From IMG/VR virus record IMGVR_UViG_3300030202_003023, positions 1 to 64,000 of that record: a stretch of DNA of 64,000 nt, one strand, 5' to 3'. Shown here in pieces: positions 59,506-64,000 of the stretch. The DNA comes from a virus. A model generated the notes under the pieces. That model did no database searches. It worked only from the letters and a program-made list of their open reading frames with translations, and had not been told where the DNA came from. The stretch's first letter is position 1, and each line of letters begins with the position of its first letter. Both the position numbers and the translations under genes were made by a program.

Positions 59506-61179
59506 TTATCCTCTAATTAATCTTATCCAAACATTATCATCTACCGCAGTATACCAATAGTTACCGTTACTATCTAAATGTGCTTGTCCTTGATAAGTTC
59601 CAGTTAATGATGTAGAAGTAGCTTTGTAATGTCCATTTACATCCCAATTTGCTGAATCTTCTAATAAAGCAGTATTTGTTCCCGTTGTAAGATATTGTTG
59701 TACTATTGGAATTTCTTGCACTGTTCCTGTTCCTGCTACTGGATTACCTAACATGGTTGAACCACTAGCGTCTTGCATCTTATCATAGGTAACTGTATCA
59801 GGTTGTATTGTAGTTGCTCCAGTATTACTAATAGCAACATCTCCACTCATTGAAACTGAAGCAGCTTGGTTTGAAGCATCACCTACAAACACCTGTCCGT
59901 TATTTAAAGCAGGTATACTAGAAGCTGCTTCCCATTTTAATCCTCCAACTTCTCCTGATCTAGCAGTAAGTACATGTCCATTTGTAGGACTATTACTTAC
60001 TTTTAAATTGTCTTCGTCTACTACATCACTTGCAATAGTTAAAGCCCCAGATCCTTCTACTTCACCTGTATGTGTAGCGTTAGTTACTTTAGCTGTGTTT
60101 AAAGCTATTGCAGTTGTATTTGTTGCAATGTTAGTTGCGTTAGTTGCAATGTCTGTGTCATTAGATGCAATATTAGTTGCATTAGTTGCTATTGCAGTTG
60201 TGTTAGTAGCTATACCTGAAATATCTTGGTCTCCAGTGTTAGTACCACTTGTATTTCCTAAAATAGTTATTTGTCCTGCAGTTAATCCTACTTTAAGCGT
60301 GTTTGCAGTTACTTCATCAAACTTAGCTTTGGACATAACCCCTGCTCTTGTTGTAGAAGCTGCTGCTAAAGTAGCATTTGTACCATCACTTGAATTTACA
60401 TCTACTGTTGTAACAGTAGAAGTTCCTTCTGAGAGGTTAGTAGGTTGATTAGATACTTTTAAAGTATTTGCTTCTATCTCATCAAATTTAGCTTTTGTTA
60501 AAAGCCCTGCCCGTAATGTAGAAGCAGAAACTAGAGTAGCGTTTGTACCATCGCTGGAATTTACATCCACCGTTGTGTTTGTTGCAGTACCTTCTGAAAG
60601 ATTCGTAGTAACGTTAGTTACTTTGGCATTATTGGCTGTAATGTCTGTCTCCATTTGATCCAGGTCTACAGCTTGAGAAACGCTTATGTGTCCTAATTTG
60701 GTAACATCTCCAGCAGTTACAAATTTATTATTACCTTCTGTAATGTCATCAGTGTCATCAGCAGTTTTATCAAAAGCATTTGGATTAGTTATACTGTTTA
60801 CGTTTTTCCACCTAATTTGTCCAGAAGCATTAATTCCTGCTATTTTAGTTATACCGTCTTCTTCTAGTATACCAGACATGAACACATTAGCGCCTTCTGT
60901 TCTAAAAGTAGAAGTACTGGCAATTTGATACGTACCATTTGCTATTGTTAATGTATAACCAGCTAAACTGTGTGTTATATTATCTGATAACGTTAATGGA
61001 CCTGTACTCCAATTAGGAGGATCAATTGCACTACTAACTAAATCAGACGCAAAGAAATCTTTTAAGGTAATCCTTTTTAACTGGCCATCTCTATCTCCTT
61101 CTTTTTTCCAAATAGGTATTTGGAAGTCTAATGTTACGTCTTCATATTTTGTAAGTGACTCTCTGTATATCTGTCCCAT
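59506..61179 (-). CDS. tail fibre protein with internal repeats and trimeric coiled coil
   Basis: 55-aa tandem duplication, IATN heptads, SGDV...G.TTI fibre motifs. Confidence 0.75.
   Translation of the reverse strand: MGQIYRESLTKYEDVTLDFQIPIWKKEGDRDGQLKRITLKDFFASDLVSSAIDPPNWSTGPLTLSDNITHSLAGYTLTIANGTYQIASTSTFRTEGANVFMSGILEEDGITKIAGINASGQIRWKNVNSITNPNAFDKTADDTDDITEGNNKFVTAGDVTKLGHISVSQAVDLDQMETDITANNAKVTNVTTNLSEGTATNTTVDVNSSDGTNATLVSASTLRAGLLTKAKFDEIEANTLKVSNQPTNLSEGTSTVTTVDVNSSDGTNATLAAASTTRAGVMSKAKFDEVTANTLKVGLTAGQITILGNTSGTNTGDQDISGIATNTTAIATNATNIASNDTDIATNATNIATNTTAIALNTAKVTNATHTGEVEGSGALTIASDVVDEDNLKVSNSPTNGHVLTARSGEVGGLKWEAASSIPALNNGQVFVGDASNQAASVSMSGDVAISNTGATTIQPDTVTYDKMQDASGSTMLGNPVAGTGTVQEIPIVQQYLTTGTNTALLEDSANWDVNGHYKATSTSLTGTYQGQAHLDSNGNYWYTAVDDNVWIRLIRG
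60290..60606 (-). repeat. two-copy 165-nt (55-aa) tandem duplication in the fibre gene
   Basis: TNLSEGT..TTVDVNSSDGTNATL..AST.RAG...KAKFDE..ANTLKV occurs twice. Confidence 0.9.
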
Positions 61180-61182
61180 AGG

Positions 61183-61803
61183 TTAACAATTACATCCGTT
61201 GCTATTAGTTGTACTACCACCAGCAGTTTTACCTGATGCTGCTGTAGCAAACTTTATTAAATTACATAGTTCTTTTGCTGTTAGACTGTTCCAAATATTA
61301 AGAAGTTCGTCTAAATCAGTTTCAATACTTTTAGAAACTGCCGTTACTTTAGTTGTGCTTGAAGTAGTGGTAGCAGCATCTGCATAAGAAGCACCACTAT
61401 CGTAAGTATAAACATATAAAACATTATCAACCCTTTCTACATTATACGCTATTGTAAGCCCGCCTGCTTTTATAGTTGTTTCAAAGTGTGCAGCAATGTT
61501 AGTTCCAGTACCAGTTCCAGTGTATTGAGTTATTGTGTTGTCTTTTAACTGCATAGTTACTGTTGCAGATGTGGTATCTCCAACTGTTCTAGTAAAAGTA
61601 AACTTGTACGCGTATGTTACGGCACTTTCAAAAGGTTTATACTTCCTTAATACTTCTAATATATAACCTGTAGCTAAATTATACCTATCTAAACATACTA
61701 CTTTACGTGTTCCTGCTTCTAAATGGTCACTTAAAGTAACTCCTAGCGTACTGTGCTTATACTGAATGTTTAGAATATTATTATTTAAACACGTTTTATT
61801 CAT
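61183..61803 (-). CDS. tail hub/fibre-attachment-like protein ending ...NGCNC
   Basis: Cys-containing termini and Thr-rich middle domain, within the tail cluster. Confidence 0.5.
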   Translation of the reverse strand: MNKTCLNNNILNIQYKHSTLGVTLSDHLEAGTRKVVCLDRYNLATGYILEVLRKYKPFESAVTYAYKFTFTRTVGDTTSATVTMQLKDNTITQYTGTGTGTNIAAHFETTIKAGGLTIAYNVERVDNVLYVYTYDSGASYADAATTTSSTTKVTAVSKSIETDLDELLNIWNSLTAKELCNLIKFATAASGKTAGGSTTNSNGCNC

Positions 61804-61814
61804 TATAATTTAGT

Positions 61815-62450
61815 TTATGTTATACCATAATTAATTTCCATGCCTCTTATAGTAGAGTAATTCGGTATTGTTGATATTAAATCTACAATTGGAGCGTATG
61901 AATTACCTTTAGGGTGCAGTATTTTACTAGTAATACTATCAATTGGTCTATCAACTAGTTCTAACCATTCTAAATATTCATCATAAACGTTTTCATTTAT
62001 AATGTATATCTGACAAGACCAGGAAGATTTAAGTTGTAATAAATTACGTACCCTATTAAGACGGCCAGAACTATAATTTTGATGTGCTAAATGAAAAAGT
62101 TCCCAGTTTTTAGGCAACGTTTTAAACAAATTTTTAGCTGTTTTATACGCACCATGTCTGAAAACTATATCATCTTCCATAATCATTATGGATTTATACT
62201 TTTTAGCTTTAGCTTCTTTAATAATACCTATTGTAGTATGTACTAAACCTGCTGCACCTTGTGTCCAACCATCATATTTACTGTTCCAGTCATTTTTAAC
62301 CCAGTGAACGTTCTCTTTTCTTCCGTCTATTGCTTCTACTAATTTAAAGTGCGTACCTATTTTATGACATTCGCTATAAATGTTGTTTCTTCTGTCTTCA
62401 CTAGACTTCAGATTAATTGCATACACTTTATCTACTAGTTTATGAAACAT
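61815..62450 (-). CDS. glycosyltransferase family 25 (likely start ATG 62450, MFHKLVDKVYAINL)
   Basis: YAINL..S.DRR, AIDG, G...T, IMEDD, YII, PID. Confidence 0.85.
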   Translation of the reverse strand: MFHKLVDKVYAINLKSSEDRRNNIYSECHKIGTHFKLVEAIDGRKENVHWVKNDWNSKYDGWTQGAAGLVHTTIGIIKEAKAKKYKSIMIMEDDIVFRHGAYKTAKNLFKTLPKNWELFHLAHQNYSSGRLNRVRNLLQLKSSWSCQIYIINENVYDEYLEWLELVDRPIDSITSKILHPKGNSYAPIVDLISTIPNYSTIRGMEINYGIT

Positions 62451-62451
62451 A

Positions 62452-64000
62452 TTATTGAAGTTTAGTAGGTGTTTGTACGGCTCCTGAAGAGTTAATACTT
62501 TGTTCCCAAATATCAGTACCGTCTGTTCTATCAAATACTTTTTTACTGTAAGCTGCTGTTGTAACAACTGCTGCTCCTCTAGCTAACACAGACACTTCTG
62601 TAAATCCAAAACCTGCAACTGCATCAACATTTGATATACTATTTCCAATATTGTTGTAAGTTTTAGTTGCTCCTTGCAATCTTATAGCAGAACAGTTGTT
62701 TCCAATTGTATTGTAGTTACAATTTAATCCTCCTAATGTAGCTAGTGCAGTTATGTTTGTTGCGTTATATGCAGGACTAGATCCTGCAAGGTCTACTGTA
62801 CCACTAGTGTAAGTTATAGTGTAACTTGCTATTGAAGGACATCCTATAAAAACATCATTACAGTTATTTCCAACTACATTATTTTTACTACTAACTATTC
62901 CAATATTTGAACATTTTGCTCCTACATGGTTTTCTATGTTTTCAGCTTGTGGTTCACTTATAAGTTCTGCTAATGAACTAGCTACTCCAGTACGGGCTAC
63001 AGGGCTTCCTGCACCTACGTAAGTTCTATTAGAAAGAGTATTCATTCTTGTTCCACCGTTAGTGTCTAAAATAGTATTGTAATTAAAATTACTGTAATCT
63101 CCAGAATTACTAGTTACATTTTTTACGTTTAAAGGACTCATAGTAACATTAGTACAATCATCACCTATTGAACAATTATTATTATATACTAAGTAAATAC
63201 CATCACAGTGGTCTCCAATTTTAATTCTTGTTCCTTTTCTTATTTCTACAATTGAGGAAGCGTCTCCAGTGTAGCACTGATTTGCTGATTCCATTAATAC
63301 ATTACTACTGTTGTGTCCTATTTTAACATCAAAAGACCCATACATTATTAAAGCGCCTACAACATTGTCTCCAATGTGTACATAAGAACTATTAAATATC
63401 TTTGTATTTCTAGTACTACACCCTATATTAACGTGCTGTACGCCAGAAAATTCTAAATGAGTTGCAGAGTCTTTTATGTATACATACTCACAATACATAA
63501 ATGCAAGTCTGCTGACTCTGTTATCAACAGTTACACTTTGTGATGTTTTTATCCAAACGCCTTCACAGTCACTACCTATTAAAATTCCGTCAGAATCACC
63601 AATCCACAAATCTTTACCTCCAGATTTAATTTCTACAGACATATTACTTTCAGCAATTTCAGTTGCAGATAAACTTGTATGTCCTTGTGGAAATGTTTTA
63701 CCTTTACCTCCAGTACCGTTGTGTCTACAGTTTTTTAAATCAACAGTGTCCTGTTTACTTTCTATTTTAACGTCACTAGATGCAGACATTCTTATAACAG
63801 AAGACCAATCTTCTATGTATACATCATAACATTCACTAGCATAGATTGTTGTATTATAACTACCTATAGTAAAATCAGTACACCATTTTTCAAAATGAAT
63901 TCCAAGGTTTGCGTTTCCTATTGTAATACGTCTATTATGATCACAAATCATAATGTTTCTATTACCATTACCAATAACTATGTTTTCATTGAATCCTAGT
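62452..64000 (-). CDS. tail fibre/spike with beta-helix-like repeats (partial; frame stays open past the window end)
   Basis: Approximately 20-aa IG..C..I repeats; no stop between 63951 and 64000. Confidence 0.75.
   Translation of the reverse strand, partial: LGFNENIVIGNGNRNIMICDHNRRITIGNANLGIHFEKWCTDFTIGSYNTTIYASECYDVYIEDWSSVIRMSASSDVKIESKQDTVDLKNCRHNGTGGKGKTFPQGHTSLSATEIAESNMSVEIKSGGKDLWIGDSDGILIGSDCEGVWIKTSQSVTVDNRVSRLAFMYCEYVYIKDSATHLEFSGVQHVNIGCSTRNTKIFNSSYVHIGDNVVGALIMYGSFDVKIGHNSSNVLMESANQCYTGDASSIVEIRKGTRIKIGDHCDGIYLVYNNNCSIGDDCTNVTMSPLNVKNVTSNSGDYSNFNYNTILDTNGGTRMNTLSNRTYVGAGSPVARTGVASSLAELISEPQAENIENHVGAKCSNIGIVSSKNNVVGNNCNDVFIGCPSIASYTITYTSGTVDLAGSSPAYNATNITALATLGGLNCNYNTIGNNCSAIRLQGATKTYNNIGNSISNVDAVAGFGFTEVSVLARGAAVVTTAAYSKKVFDRTDGTDIWEQSINSSGAVQTPTKLQ

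Noticed and set aside
16324-63829. Many + strand ORFs of 60-190 aa opposite the late genes, and - strand ORFs within the replication module
   Set aside because: Fully antisense to long motif-bearing genes, with the Ser/Leu/Phe-rich composition typical of shadow ORFs.
1-64000. Stop-codon reassignment (TAG/TGA), known in some crAss-like phages
   Set aside because: ORFs up to 4113 aa and dense packing are obtained with the standard code, and TAG/TGA end several genes at sensible places.
1-64000. CRISPR array, tRNA genes, integrase, diversity-generating retroelement
   Set aside because: Intergenic gaps are short, no regular repeat-spacer or cloverleaf pattern was noticed, and there are no RT or recombinase motifs. 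No tRNA scan was run.

Overview
This AT-rich, gene-dense 64-kb window is part of a crAss-like (Crassvirales-type) phage genome. The host is probably a Bacteroidota/Flavobacteria species, inferred from AT-rich leaders without Shine-Dalgarno sites and from the gene set. The + strand (1-16.3 kb) is a replication/middle module: PolA, SF2 helicase, DnaB helicase, AAA ATPase, SSB-like protein, primase, RusA-like resolvase, 5'-3' exonuclease, uracil-DNA glycosylase and an ECF-like sigma factor. The - strand (16.36-64 kb) is the virion/late module: three giant ejection proteins including a DFDID-type virion RNA polymerase, two further cargo proteins, muzzle and ring tail proteins, an IHF-like protein, a metallophosphoesterase, lysis genes, tail-fibre genes and a GT25 glycosyltransferase. 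The two modules converge on a bidirectional terminator near 16.33 kb. The stand-out observation is an apparently complete phage-encoded ubiquitin-like conjugation cassette at 8707-13271: a 75-aa Ubl ending ...VKSG-R, an E2-like protein, a JAB/JAMM protease, a ThiF-type E1 and a coupled unknown ORF. Other notable signals are paired terminal cysteines in otherwise Cys-poor giant ejection proteins, a membrane-bracketed peptidoglycan-enzyme module in the 4113-aa protein, a macro-like insert in the vRNAP and repeated xxGG motifs in a cargo protein. All assignments come from reading motifs by eye; no database searches were run.
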